The position numbers and the translations under genes were made by a program. From positions 1-52,861 of the IMG/VR virus record IMGVR_UViG_3300033149_002181: a stretch of 52,861 bases of DNA; one strand, 5' to 3'. The DNA is from a virus (Duplodnaviria > Caudoviricetes). Positions 28,507-37,098 of this stretch are shown here, in pieces (the first letter of the stretch is position 1; each line of letters opens with the position of its first letter). The notes under the pieces were generated by a model. It was given only the letters and a program-made list of their open reading frames with translations, had not been told where the DNA came from and made no database searches.

Positions 28507-29187
28507 TCATTTTTCCTCCCGCTGCGCTATAAATAGCGCTAATTGAAATAAGCTGCTTCTCCGTACCGGCGCTATGGTTTTTTCAAGTTGTTCCCAACGT
28601 TCCAAACCGAATTCCCGGATTCGGTGGCTCTGATATTGTCCTGTTTCTATTTCCTTTTTTGTAAATACCTGATATAACGACTCAATGATATTAAGCAGGT
28701 CTTTAAATCGTCCAGGCACCACCATAACGTCATAATTATCCATCCTGACAGTAAATTTCTGATTCGACAAATTAACCTTCGCCTTGAAATGCAGCCACCT
28801 TTGCCCCGACTCCGCTACCGTCATTAAAAACGGTGGTTTGGGTGGTTGCAACAACGTTTCGCGAATTTGCAGTCGTGACAGGTGATATAACCCGTTCCCT
28901 GTCGCCAGCAGAGAATAATTTCTCAATTCCCTATACGACAGAGCCCATATGCAGTGTTCGCAAACCATCTCTGACCACGGGATTTTCGCCAGATCATGAT
29001 CGGTAAATGTCGGTTTAATGATTTTCTTTTTCGGGTGGCCTGTTTCAGGACGACATCCGCAAAGCCAACATTGCCCAGATAGTTTTCCCTCCGGCGCAGG
29101 ATCATAATGGACTGTTTTCCCACTCGGTGTTTCTATGTTGGGCTTCCGCATCGCTGCACAATACAAAAAATCAACAGAGCAAACCAT
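28507..29187 (-). CDS. csf1: Type IV CRISPR-associated Csf1 (Cas8-like large subunit)
   Basis: CWLCG...TFTD...VCEHC zinc finger; PPKPPF...SGQRWLHFKAKVN; first gene of the csf operon. Confidence 0.82.
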   Translation of the reverse strand: MVCSVDFLYCAAMRKPNIETPSGKTVHYDPAPEGKLSGQCWLCGCRPETGHPKKKIIKPTFTDHDLAKIPWSEMVCEHCIWALSYRELRNYSLLATGNGLYHLSRLQIRETLLQPPKPPFLMTVAESGQRWLHFKAKVNLSNQKFTVRMDNYDVMVVPGRFKDLLNIIESLYQVFTKKEIETGQYQSHRIREFGLERWEQLEKTIAPVRRSSLFQLALFIAQREEK

Positions 29188-29196
29188 ATTCCCACC

Positions 29197-29637
29197 TCAA
29201 ATCAATTCATACATTTTTGCAATTCTGCCTAATGCTCGAAATTTAGTATCAAAATAATCGTTACGGTATCCAAACCCTAAATAGACCATCACTTCCTCAT
29301 CAGTCGGTTCTGCCGGATTGAAATACCGCGTTTCAATTAATTTTCTTTCCCGTTCTGTACAGGCCGCCAACCCTGAATCTATGCGTCCGATCCAAAATTC
29401 CAAGTCTTTTATTTTCTGATCCGTCCGCTCAGCCAGTATTCCCGCTGCACTGGTGGGATCTCCCGGTTCACCAGATTGTACCGAAATATTAACAGCCTGT
29501 CGTGACTTATAATATATATCTTGTCTATCCTGCTTAAGCTGTTTAAGCTGCGCTTTTTTAATTTTATATTCCCGGAGCTCATTTTCTATAAAAACTTTCA
29601 CATGATGAGGAAGTTTAATTTTTGGTTTTTCGCTCAA
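29197..29637 (-). CDS. RinA/ArpU-like late transcriptional activator
   Basis: IENELREY...GDPT...ERKLIETRYF; sits at the end of the early region. Confidence 0.75.
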   Translation of the reverse strand: MSEKPKIKLPHHVKVFIENELREYKIKKAQLKQLKQDRQDIYYKSRQAVNISVQSGEPGDPTSAAGILAERTDQKIKDLEFWIGRIDSGLAACTERERKLIETRYFNPAEPTDEEVMVYLGFGYRNDYFDTKFRALGRIAKMYELI

Positions 29638-29812
29638 TTTCCATCACCTGTCCTTTTTCCTTCAGCTTGATCTCTTGCGTTTCCATGTGCCTTAAAATCG
29701 CTTTATAGTCATCAATCGTTGGATTATATACCCCACCGCGGTATGGCCGGGGTGGTTTACGGCCTATTTTTTTAAAGATTTCTTCTATGATTAGCTGTTT
29801 TGTGCTTGGCAT
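29615..29812 (-). CDS. Hypothetical protein
   Basis: Overlapping operon arrangement. Confidence 0.45.
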   Translation of the reverse strand: MPSTKQLIIEEIFKKIGRKPPRPYRGGVYNPTIDDYKAILRHMETQEIKLKEKGQVMEIERKTKN

Positions 29813-30200
29813 TTTCCCTCAATCCCTCAATCTTAATAATCTCAATTTCTACCCGAGGATTCTCTCGATCAACCCCCACAATTTTTGAACCATCCAATCT
29901 CATTACATCCTGATCATCTCGTATAATCCCGGCCTTTTGGAGTATATCCTGTGTCGCCTGTATCAGTCCCACCAGATCCGGTTTTTGCCTCGTCGGCATC
30001 CAATATTCGCATTTTAACCTAACCGGCCCAGTGAAACATGGGCCGCGATACTTTTTCAGATGCCAGAGACATTCTGTCTCATAGTTTTGATACTGCTCTG
30101 ACTGCACGACAAAAGGTTTTCCTGTTTTCCGGTTTCGCCAGATTTGTTGGTGATTTTTCTTGGACATGGGCCTGCCTGGAAGGGTGATTTCAACTTTCAT
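29772..30200 (-). CDS. rusA: RusA-like Holliday junction resolvase
   Basis: PGRPMSKKN...KPDL...D.L...IIRDD...PRVEIEI. Confidence 0.85.
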   Translation of the reverse strand: MKVEITLPGRPMSKKNHQQIWRNRKTGKPFVVQSEQYQNYETECLWHLKKYRGPCFTGPVRLKCEYWMPTRQKPDLVGLIQATQDILQKAGIIRDDQDVMRLDGSKIVGVDRENPRVEIEIIKIEGLRENAKHKTANHRRNL

Positions 30201-30576
30201 TTTTCCATTTCCATTTTTCGCCATCATAACAATCATGACAAGGCTCTTCGGCGCCGCTTTGGTACTGGTATTTACAGTTTAAACAATTTCTTATAACAGG
30301 CATCTTATCTTCATCGCCAGGCGCCCTTTCCAACCACTCCTTCGGCACTCGATGAAAACCGTGCAGATCAGTGGCAACAAGGTAGACTTTTTGAGGATGT
30401 TCCGGGCAGAAAGTATGATTATCAACCCATTCTCCATCTTTCCAGATTGTCCGCACTCCACAGATAACTCCTGCCAATTTGTCCCCATGTCGCCATTCAA
30501 CCCAACCCCGTTGTTTTCTGCCGCTTTTCCGCTTCACTAACTCCTTACTAAATCTCACTTTATCGCCGAGTTTCAT
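30190..30576 (-). CDS. Hypothetical protein with Cys-rich C-terminus
   Basis: RBS GGAGGTG; CLNC...C..C. Confidence 0.5.
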   Translation of the reverse strand: MKLGDKVRFSKELVKRKSGRKQRGWVEWRHGDKLAGVICGVRTIWKDGEWVDNHTFCPEHPQKVYLVATDLHGFHRVPKEWLERAPGDEDKMPVIRNCLNCKYQYQSGAEEPCHDCYDGEKWKWKNES

Positions 30577-30748
30577 CTCGTCACCTCCGGATAAGCCAAA
30601 ATAAGAAAGTATAACACCGTTAATATCTCACATACCAAAAGAAAACCACTAAACAATATAACTCTGTAATTTTTGGCCTTTATTGTTTTAATAAAAATAC
30701 ATAGAAAAAATTGGACCAACATGATATGGAATATCCCTAAGAACACAT

Positions 30749-31315
30749 TCATCCTTCTTCACCCCTTGCCTCCTCAATAATCCCATCTATCAGCGCCAGG
30801 TAATTGATCGCATCACCAATCCGCTCACCAATCGGTCCCGTGGCTGCTATTTCCTTAACTCTTTTTAATGCAGTCTTCAAAATATCATCAACGGCCTTCA
30901 CGTCAATATGTGATACATAAACTTTATGATCACCTATATGTCCAATTTGGCTACTTGTGACCATATATATTAATCTGGCAAGGTATGCTGTCATTTCATC
31001 TCGACAACGGATCGCCTCATCCCTTTCTTTCTGTAACTGTTCAATCTCATCAAGAGCTTTCGGTAAAGCAGTACGGGCAATAGCAATAAATTTTGCATCA
31101 TCTGTCATTGGAATAAAATCTACGATCATTGTCCCGTCTTGAGTGACAATCCTTGACGGGAAAGATGTAGCATCCCACGGTCCTGGCGTAGCAGCTTCGC
31201 ATAATGCCCTCAGTCTCTTTATATCCATTTTCTTCCTCTCCTTGCCTTTTGCATTTGCATTCCTAGTCGCTCTGTAATATTTGTTCTCTTGGAATATGCT
31301 CCAATTTAAGCCCAC
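30749..31315 (-). CDS. Ead/Ea22-like hypothetical protein
   Basis: LCEAATPGPW...DAKFIAIART.LP..LDEIE motif; true start probably MDIKRL. Confidence 0.6.
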   Translation of the reverse strand: MGLNWSIFQENKYYRATRNANAKGKERKKMDIKRLRALCEAATPGPWDATSFPSRIVTQDGTMIVDFIPMTDDAKFIAIARTALPKALDEIEQLQKERDEAIRCRDEMTAYLARLIYMVTSSQIGHIGDHKVYVSHIDVKAVDDILKTALKRVKEIAATGPIGERIGDAINYLALIDGIIEEARGEEG

Positions 31316-31431
31316 TTTTTATAATCTTCGCCACATGTCGGGCGGTAAACTCCCGATTATCAGGATCATCTGCCACCACCATCAAAATAGAGCCGCATTT
31401 GCAACGACCTATATAGGACATTCTCATTTCA

Positions 31432-31620
31432 TCACTTCCTTTTTTTGCATTTACATGTCCTATTATCTGTGCGAACTTGCTCCTCAGGTATATGTTCTAG
31501 TTTGTAACCTCTTTTAATAATTTCTGCTACATATTGCGCAGTAAAAGCGGGGTTATCCGGTTCATCTACAACTGCCATTCTGATTGCGCCACATTTACAG
31601 CGACCAACATAAGCATTCAT
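31432..31620 (-). CDS. Small Cys-containing hypothetical protein
   Basis: RBS GGGGGTG; CKCG and CKC. Confidence 0.45.
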   Translation of the reverse strand: MNAYVGRCKCGAIRMAVVDEPDNPAFTAQYVAEIIKRGYKLEHIPEEQVRTDNRTCKCKKRK

Positions 31621-31706
31621 TTCATCACCCCCTTATCCTTACCGGTCTAAACTTTATTCTCATACCAAGGGATTTTATTTCGTAGCATCGCCTGCCGAAC
31701 ATGCGT

Positions 31707-32427
31707 TTAAGGAATTTCATTTTGAATCATCCTTTCAAAACTGAGGTTTTCCATCCGTTTCCATTTAACTTCCAATTCCGTCAGGCTAGTGTCTTTAAAT
31801 ACCGTCTTTCCAATTAGTTCTTCCATTTCTTTAGCTTTATAAAACCGTTCGGGATAATATCTCCATACTTTATACCAATCCCGTTTCCCGGCTTTGAAAC
31901 ATGGGATACAATTATTGTGTTTAAAATACTTGTATGGCTCCGGAAGTTTAATGCCCCATTCATTGGCAATAATACGTTTTATTTCTCTGCTTGTTATTCG
32001 CGTTTCAATTAGTGGATATTTGGCTGTTGATCCTAAAGCCTGTGCCCGTATGATTCGTCTGTATTCCTCAATATCATACCCCGACATATAACTGGTATTC
32101 TTCGTTTAATTGTTTATAAAATTTCGCGGCTGGTTTAAGTTTAAAATCTTCATTACAAAATGGAATTCGTGAACTAGGTAAACAATTATGTGCTTTAATA
32201 ACTTCCCATAATGTTCTGCCGTCTGAGACTTCGGTAATTGGTACATCTAAGAAATTAGATAGGTCATCAAGAAATGTATATGTGTCGGGATGTTGTCCCT
32301 CTGGAACATCATGGTAAAGAAGTATTACATCTTGCTTGCTATACTTTTTTATGACCAAATATGCCGCATATGCACTCCCGACACCACCGGAGAATTGAAC
32401 GATATGTTTCACTTCCTCACCTCCCAA
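31707..32427 (-). pseudogene. PAPS-reductase/adenine nucleotide alpha-hydrolase family gene split by a 1-nt frameshift
   Basis: FSGGVGS PP-loop and C...K.KP in the 5' ORF; YPL and HNNCIPCFKAG in the 3' ORF; removing one G at 32079-32082 restores YVGYDIEE. Confidence 0.75.
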
Positions 32428-32581
32428 GGGGCCGGAATCCCGGTTCTACGCAGTCATACCAAACACCGCGCCATTTTGTTCCGGAGTCATTTTTTTCTTC
32501 GGGCCGAAGTGTCATTTGTCCATGACCGGCTGGACACTCCGGAAGGTTCATCGGGAGATTCACACCGCCACCCCCAACATC

Positions 32582-32936
32582 TCAAGCCCTCTCTGCACCG
32601 TCTGCACCCGCCGAAGGTGTCTCCATGCTTTTTTCTTCGCTAGCTCCGGACTTTGTGCCGGGACCCGCATTGTAGAAGGCCAAGGCGGTCAGATAGTCGC
32701 CGTTTGCTTTGTCATAACAATATTTTAAAAATTGGATTCCTACCTCGAAAACCTGATCTAAGTTCCGGAAATCACCGGTTGGCCGAAGGATTTTAAACCG
32801 ACCATATGTAACCTGGATCGCCAACCTCTCACCAATCTATCTCAGCTTTGAGATCTGCTATTTTTTGAAATTGGCAGTAGCAGACGACACAGGCAACGAT
32901 CAGAGCAGTGAGGATAAGGGATTTTAAAACGTTCAT
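32582..32936 (-). pseudogene. Degraded lytic transglycosylase (SLT)-like gene
   Basis: Signal-like N-terminus from ATG 32936 stops early; another frame carries QV...GIQFL...GDYLTALAFYNAGPG. Confidence 0.5.
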
Positions 32937-34777
32937 GATCCGACCTCCTTTACTTCAAAGGTATCAAATATTAATTTGCTTCCGTCAAATCCATTCCGAC
33001 GGAGAGCTATATTAAGATATTCGCGGTTTAAATCAATATATATTGAGTTCCTACCTTCTTGTGCGGCTACCATTGTAACAGTCCCAGAGCCGCCGAAAGG
33101 GTCAAGAACTGTACAGGGGATTGGCTCTTCTCCGCAGTCGCAAGTCGAGTGCCAGCCGGTTGTTAGGTATTCAGCGCTTACAGATTTTTTATTTCCTTTT
33201 TGACTCATTCCTTTACCAAGGTCATCTGAATGGTCGTGATAACTTTTTCCAAGATATTTTTTATAACTTTCTGATGGCTCTTTCACTCGCTCCCACGGCG
33301 CCCCGCACCTCGGGCAACAACCTTTTTCCGACGTTCCCGCTTGGATGCAAGGCCTGACTAGATCAGGCGGGAACGTTGCGAAATGTGCTTCCGGGCAGGG
33401 ATAGGGAGGAATTTCCCAGACGGTTCTTTTATTGCGCTTGCCAATATAACTAATATTCCTTCGACCTCCTCTGTGTTGTGAAATTTGCCTGGGTGGTGGT
33501 GATTCTGATACATCACGGGCAAAAGAACAGGCTCTGTTTTCTGCTTGATTAATTGCCTCTTCTTTAATGGCTTCGTTGTCGTAATAATATTTTGTCGACT
33601 TCGTAAGCAGAAAAATATACTCATGTGCCTTTGTTGGCCTGTCTGTTATGCTTTCCGGCATAGGATTGGGCTTAAACCAGATGATTGTTGACCTACAGAT
33701 CCATCCATCTCCCATTAGTGCTCGTTTTACCAAGTCAGGTACACCAATTTCCTGTTTCTGCCTTAATGTATTTGACATTCGGTAGGCTTTATCGTATAAT
33801 TCTAAGTAATGTATAAAACTACCAAAACGATTGGAGATGAAAAGATGTCCTACACTTCTAAAAGCAATCTCAATAGCCCCCTGCATCAACGTGAGCGCGA
33901 AATGCTTCTTGCTGGCTTTAGTTACGCTGAAATCGCGCAAGCCCTCGGTGTTCGACAAAAGAGTGTCAGTGAGCGCAATCGGCTTGTCTATCGCATCAAC
34001 TTGCAAGACGCTTTTGCTAGACGAATTGAGCGCGACGGTATTCCTAACCGTTTGAATGTGAGTGATAGTTTCGGATATTGGTTTAGTGGGTTCGTTGACG
34101 GTGAAGGAAACTTTGAAATTTTTAGTCGCAGACGTCGAACAGGTAAATATGTTGAACGCCGGGCATGGTTGCAAATTATCATCCGCGACGATGACACGGA
34201 TACCATTCAATTCATTTACGATAATCTCAAGTGTGGCATTATCTACCATAACAAAGGACACGGCAGAACTAACCCAAATGTTACATTTCGTGTCGAGAAG
34301 ATTAAGGGCTTGGCAGAAATTATCGTCCCGCTTTTTGAAAAGTATCCGCTTCACACCAAGAAGGCATCGGAATTTATTATTTGGCGTAATGTTGTCAAAA
34401 CTCAATACATTCTCACTCTTGGAGGATATAGCCAACGTGTTGCAGCTACCGATGAACAAAATGCCGCCTTTAATCAAGCGTTGCAGGCAATTACAAAGAT
34501 TAGACATTATACCCCCACTAGAAAATGAATCCCCCAAATTCAGCCACAACGTCCCATCATCTCTGAGCACCCGCCAAACTTCCTGGAATACCCGAACCAA
34601 CTTTTTGATGTACTCCTCCGGCGTTTTCTCAAGCCCGATCTGTCCATCGACACCATAATCCCGAAGTCCCCAGTAAGGTGGGGAAGTTACAACAGTATGA
34701 ACAGATTTTTCAGGTATGATGCGGAGACAGTTTATTACATCGCCGAGGTAGAAGATATGGTTAGTCACAAAAATCAC
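32933..34777 (-). CDS. N4/N6 DNA methyltransferase (beta class) with an in-frame insertion of about 255 aa
   Basis: VTSPPYWGLRDY, WLNLGDS, IIWFKPNPMPES, HEYIFLL, HFATFP and VLDPFGGSGT motifs; insertion between GDSF and RQKQEIGVP. Confidence 0.9.
   Translation of the reverse strand: MIFVTNHIFYLGDVINCLRIIPEKSVHTVVTSPPYWGLRDYGVDGQIGLEKTPEEYIKKLVRVFQEVWRVLRDDGTLWLNLGDSFSSGGIMSNLCNCLQRLIKGGILFIGSCNTLAISSKSENVLSFDNITPNNKFRCLLGVKRILFKKRDDNFCQALNLLDTKCNIWVSSAVSFVMVDNATLEIIVNELNGIRVIVADDNLQPCPAFNIFTCSTSATKNFKVSFTVNEPTKPISETITHIQTVRNTVALNSSSKSVLQVDAIDKPIALTDTLLSNTEGLRDFSVTKASKKHFALTLMQGAIEIAFRSVGHLFISNRFGSFIHYLELYDKAYRMSNTLRQKQEIGVPDLVKRALMGDGWICRSTIIWFKPNPMPESITDRPTKAHEYIFLLTKSTKYYYDNEAIKEEAINQAENRACSFARDVSESPPPRQISQHRGGRRNISYIGKRNKRTVWEIPPYPCPEAHFATFPPDLVRPCIQAGTSEKGCCPRCGAPWERVKEPSESYKKYLGKSYHDHSDDLGKGMSQKGNKKSVSAEYLTTGWHSTCDCGEEPIPCTVLDPFGGSGTVTMVAAQEGRNSIYIDLNREYLNIALRRNGFDGSKLIFDTFEVKEVGS
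33772..33800 (+). promoter_or_regulatory. Consensus sigma70/sigmaA promoter for the antisense endonuclease
   Basis: TTGACA (33772-33777), 17-nt spacer, TATAAT (33795-33800). Confidence 0.85.
33845..34528 (+). CDS. LAGLIDADG homing endonuclease with N-terminal HTH, antisense within the methyltransferase
   Basis: YWFSGFVDGEGNF motif; LKCGII, IIVPLFEKYPLHTKKASEFIIW typical of single-motif LAGLIDADG; GGAG RBS before ATG 33845. Confidence 0.9.
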   Translation: MSYTSKSNLNSPLHQREREMLLAGFSYAEIAQALGVRQKSVSERNRLVYRINLQDAFARRIERDGIPNRLNVSDSFGYWFSGFVDGEGNFEIFSRRRRTGKYVERRAWLQIIIRDDDTDTIQFIYDNLKCGIIYHNKGHGRTNPNVTFRVEKIKGLAEIIVPLFEKYPLHTKKASEFIIWRNVVKTQYILTLGGYSQRVAATDEQNAAFNQALQAITKIRHYTPTRK

Positions 34778-34810
34778 TCTTTCGCCGAATTGCTCCGCGG
34801 TTGGTTGCGC

Positions 34811-36136
34811 TCATGATTCATTCCTCCTTGCAGCCAAGGCGAACCTTGACTTTGATTTGAAAAATTGAAAGTCTACTCTCCCCAGTGGCCCGAATCGATT
34901 CTTTGCGATGATAAGATTTACAAGCGACGGGTCAACCGGTTCCTTCGGCGGGTTGTAATAATCCTCACGATAGAGAAACATCACAGTTGAAGCATCCTGT
35001 TCCAGAGTTCCAGAATCCCGAAGGTCGGCCAGCTTCGGGATTTTGTTATTTCGATTTTCAACATCCCGGGATAATTGGGAGAGAGCCAGAATTGGGATAT
35101 TAAGTTCTTTTGCTAGCCCCTGAAGGATTCCGGAGGTTTCGGATACCTCTTTATTCCGGTCAGCATGTCTCTCGGGCGCCATAATCTGAATGTAGTCCAC
35201 TATCACAAGGCCGATCTGATGTAATGCGGTGAATCGCCGGAGCCTAACTGCCAAATCTGAAGCGCGGATCCGGTGGCTATCGTCAAGATATAAACTCGAT
35301 TCGGCAATCCGTCCGCAGGAGCGGGTGATATGTCGCCAATCCTGATCAGTTAGCTTTGTAGTATTTTGCAGAAGTTGAGAATCTAAACCGGCGTCTTCGG
35401 TGATCAGTTTCTCAACCAACTGATCGTTGGTCATTTCCAGTGATACGAAGATGGTCGGAATCCGCTCCTTCAGAGCTGTATATTTGGCAACATTTAGAGC
35501 TAGGGTAGTCTTTCCCATCGACGGCCGCGCGGCCAGGATATGTAAATTTCCCTTCCGTAGACCGCCGATTTTTCGGTCAAGATCACTATAACCGGTCGGG
35601 ATCCCGATGATTCCGTTTGTCTCTTTACGATCCTCCAAACTCCCGTAAACCTCAAAAACTTTTTGCCTAACGTGGATAATTTCTGACTTCGTCTTGTCGG
35701 CAATAAGTTTTGAATCCTGGATCATTCCTTGAGATATAACCTCAACCGGATCCTCATCGTCATAAAGTTTTTCTGCTGTCTCGAAACACTGGCGGATTTT
35801 TTGACGTGCAAGGCTTTTCTTTCTAACTATCTCTGCATAATGTTTGATGTGGGCTGCGGTCGGGACCACACTGGCCAGGTGTAGGATATAAGCATCGCCG
35901 CCTATTTTCTCCAGTTCGTTTTTGAGCTTTTCTTTGACTGTGATAAAATCGATTGGAGTTCTATCGTTTGACATTTTGACGATTGCGTCCCATATCAGCC
36001 GGCGCTTTTCGTCGTAGAAGTCGTAGGGGAAAATAATTTCTCTTGCTTCATTGACTACAGCCAGCCCGCCAATGAGACAGGATCCAATGACAGCTTCTTC
36101 AGCTTGATCGTTATGTGGTGGTACTTTTTCAATCAT
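34811..36136 (-). CDS. dnaB: Replicative DNA helicase
   Basis: PPHN..AEEAVIG, AARPSMGKT, SLEM, VDYIQ, LSQLSR, DLRDSGTLEQDA, IAKNRFG. Confidence 0.96.
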   Translation of the reverse strand: MIEKVPPHNDQAEEAVIGSCLIGGLAVVNEAREIIFPYDFYDEKRRLIWDAIVKMSNDRTPIDFITVKEKLKNELEKIGGDAYILHLASVVPTAAHIKHYAEIVRKKSLARQKIRQCFETAEKLYDDEDPVEVISQGMIQDSKLIADKTKSEIIHVRQKVFEVYGSLEDRKETNGIIGIPTGYSDLDRKIGGLRKGNLHILAARPSMGKTTLALNVAKYTALKERIPTIFVSLEMTNDQLVEKLITEDAGLDSQLLQNTTKLTDQDWRHITRSCGRIAESSLYLDDSHRIRASDLAVRLRRFTALHQIGLVIVDYIQIMAPERHADRNKEVSETSGILQGLAKELNIPILALSQLSRDVENRNNKIPKLADLRDSGTLEQDASTVMFLYREDYYNPPKEPVDPSLVNLIIAKNRFGPLGRVDFQFFKSKSRFALAARRNES

Positions 36137-36140
36137 TCAA

Positions 36141-36962
36141 TCACCCCATTTTTCCGTAGAATTCGAGGGTTGCGGCAGTGGGGTCTGGTTCATTTATTTG
36201 GTTGATATACTCCTCAAAAGGTTTATCTGGACCAAGGAATGTGGCAGCGTGTTTTATAAACCTCTCTTCAATCTTTTCTTTCTGACAATACGCTGCATAA
36301 TTTTTAGCTGCATTAATCAAGTCTTCGGACTTAAAATCTTCTTTTAGCCTTGTTTTCCAACATCTAAAAGCCCGTTTCTTTTCTTTTTTTCTGGGGTATA
36401 CCTTCCAAAACTCCTGAAACTTTTCGGTGTATTCGTCACTTTTTGAGTTGCTTTTTTCTTTTTGTTCATCACCATGCACACATATATTATTTCTTAGATC
36501 TATATCTAGATCTAATGCGTTACATTGCGTTACATCAGCGTTACCTGTAACGTTACATGTAACGTTACCATCAGGAAGTTTTTGACGTTCTCTGTACCTC
36601 TGAACCCTGAGCCTGGTTTGTTCGCGAATCCGTTCCATCCCCTCAATACTCTGGTGCTTTTCCCAATTAGTTATAAATATGGCTCCGGCAATACGTTCAA
36701 TCATTTTGAGTTTTTCAAAGGTAGCTAATGCCAACTTAACGGTATTTATAGGCCGGCGGAATTTATGAGCAAGCATTTCCTCTGTGTACGGAATATTTTC
36801 AGTTAGGAGAATATATCCACCGGCATTACACTTCCCGGCAAGGGTTAAAAGTTTTATCCAAATCACGAGGATTGTATCGCCGTCAGGAAGGCTTTCGATG
36901 TAGTCGATTTTTTCGTCATCAAACATAGAGGTGGTAATTTTTATCCATTTAATTTCCGACAT
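36141..36962 (-). CDS. Phage replisome organizer/replication initiator
   Basis: WIKITTSMFDDEKI N-terminal domain; C-terminal FQEFWKVYPRK...FIKHAATFL. Confidence 0.9.
   Translation of the reverse strand: MSEIKWIKITTSMFDDEKIDYIESLPDGDTILVIWIKLLTLAGKCNAGGYILLTENIPYTEEMLAHKFRRPINTVKLALATFEKLKMIERIAGAIFITNWEKHQSIEGMERIREQTRLRVQRYRERQKLPDGNVTCNVTGNADVTQCNALDLDIDLRNNICVHGDEQKEKSNSKSDEYTEKFQEFWKVYPRKKEKKRAFRCWKTRLKEDFKSEDLINAAKNYAAYCQKEKIEERFIKHAATFLGPDKPFEEYINQINEPDPTAATLEFYGKMG
36497..36570. repeat. Iteron-like repeats (gcgttaca/gtaacgttac), probable replication origin
   Basis: Several direct and palindromic GTTAC units plus tagatcta palindromes inside the initiator gene, next to an A/T tract. 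Confidence 0.7.
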
Positions 36963-37098
36963 TCAGCCTTCTCTCCTAAAAACTTATTTTTTTATTAAGT
37001 GAATGTATCTCATTTAAGGAAGGGTATCGGGAATATACTGGGTTTATACGATAGGGGGAGTATGGTAATGGATAAATTAATACCCCCCTACCTGCGAT

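Noticed and set aside
33130-33330. Second insertion in the MTase (CCPRCG...CDC)
   Set aside because: A zinc-ribbon-like insert at this position is common in phage beta-class MTases and does not look like a mobile element.
33760-34530. Intein or group I intron in the methyltransferase
   Set aside because: The endonuclease is on the opposite strand, there are no Hint block or terminal HN-C/S/T motifs, and no spare sequence remains for a ribozyme core.
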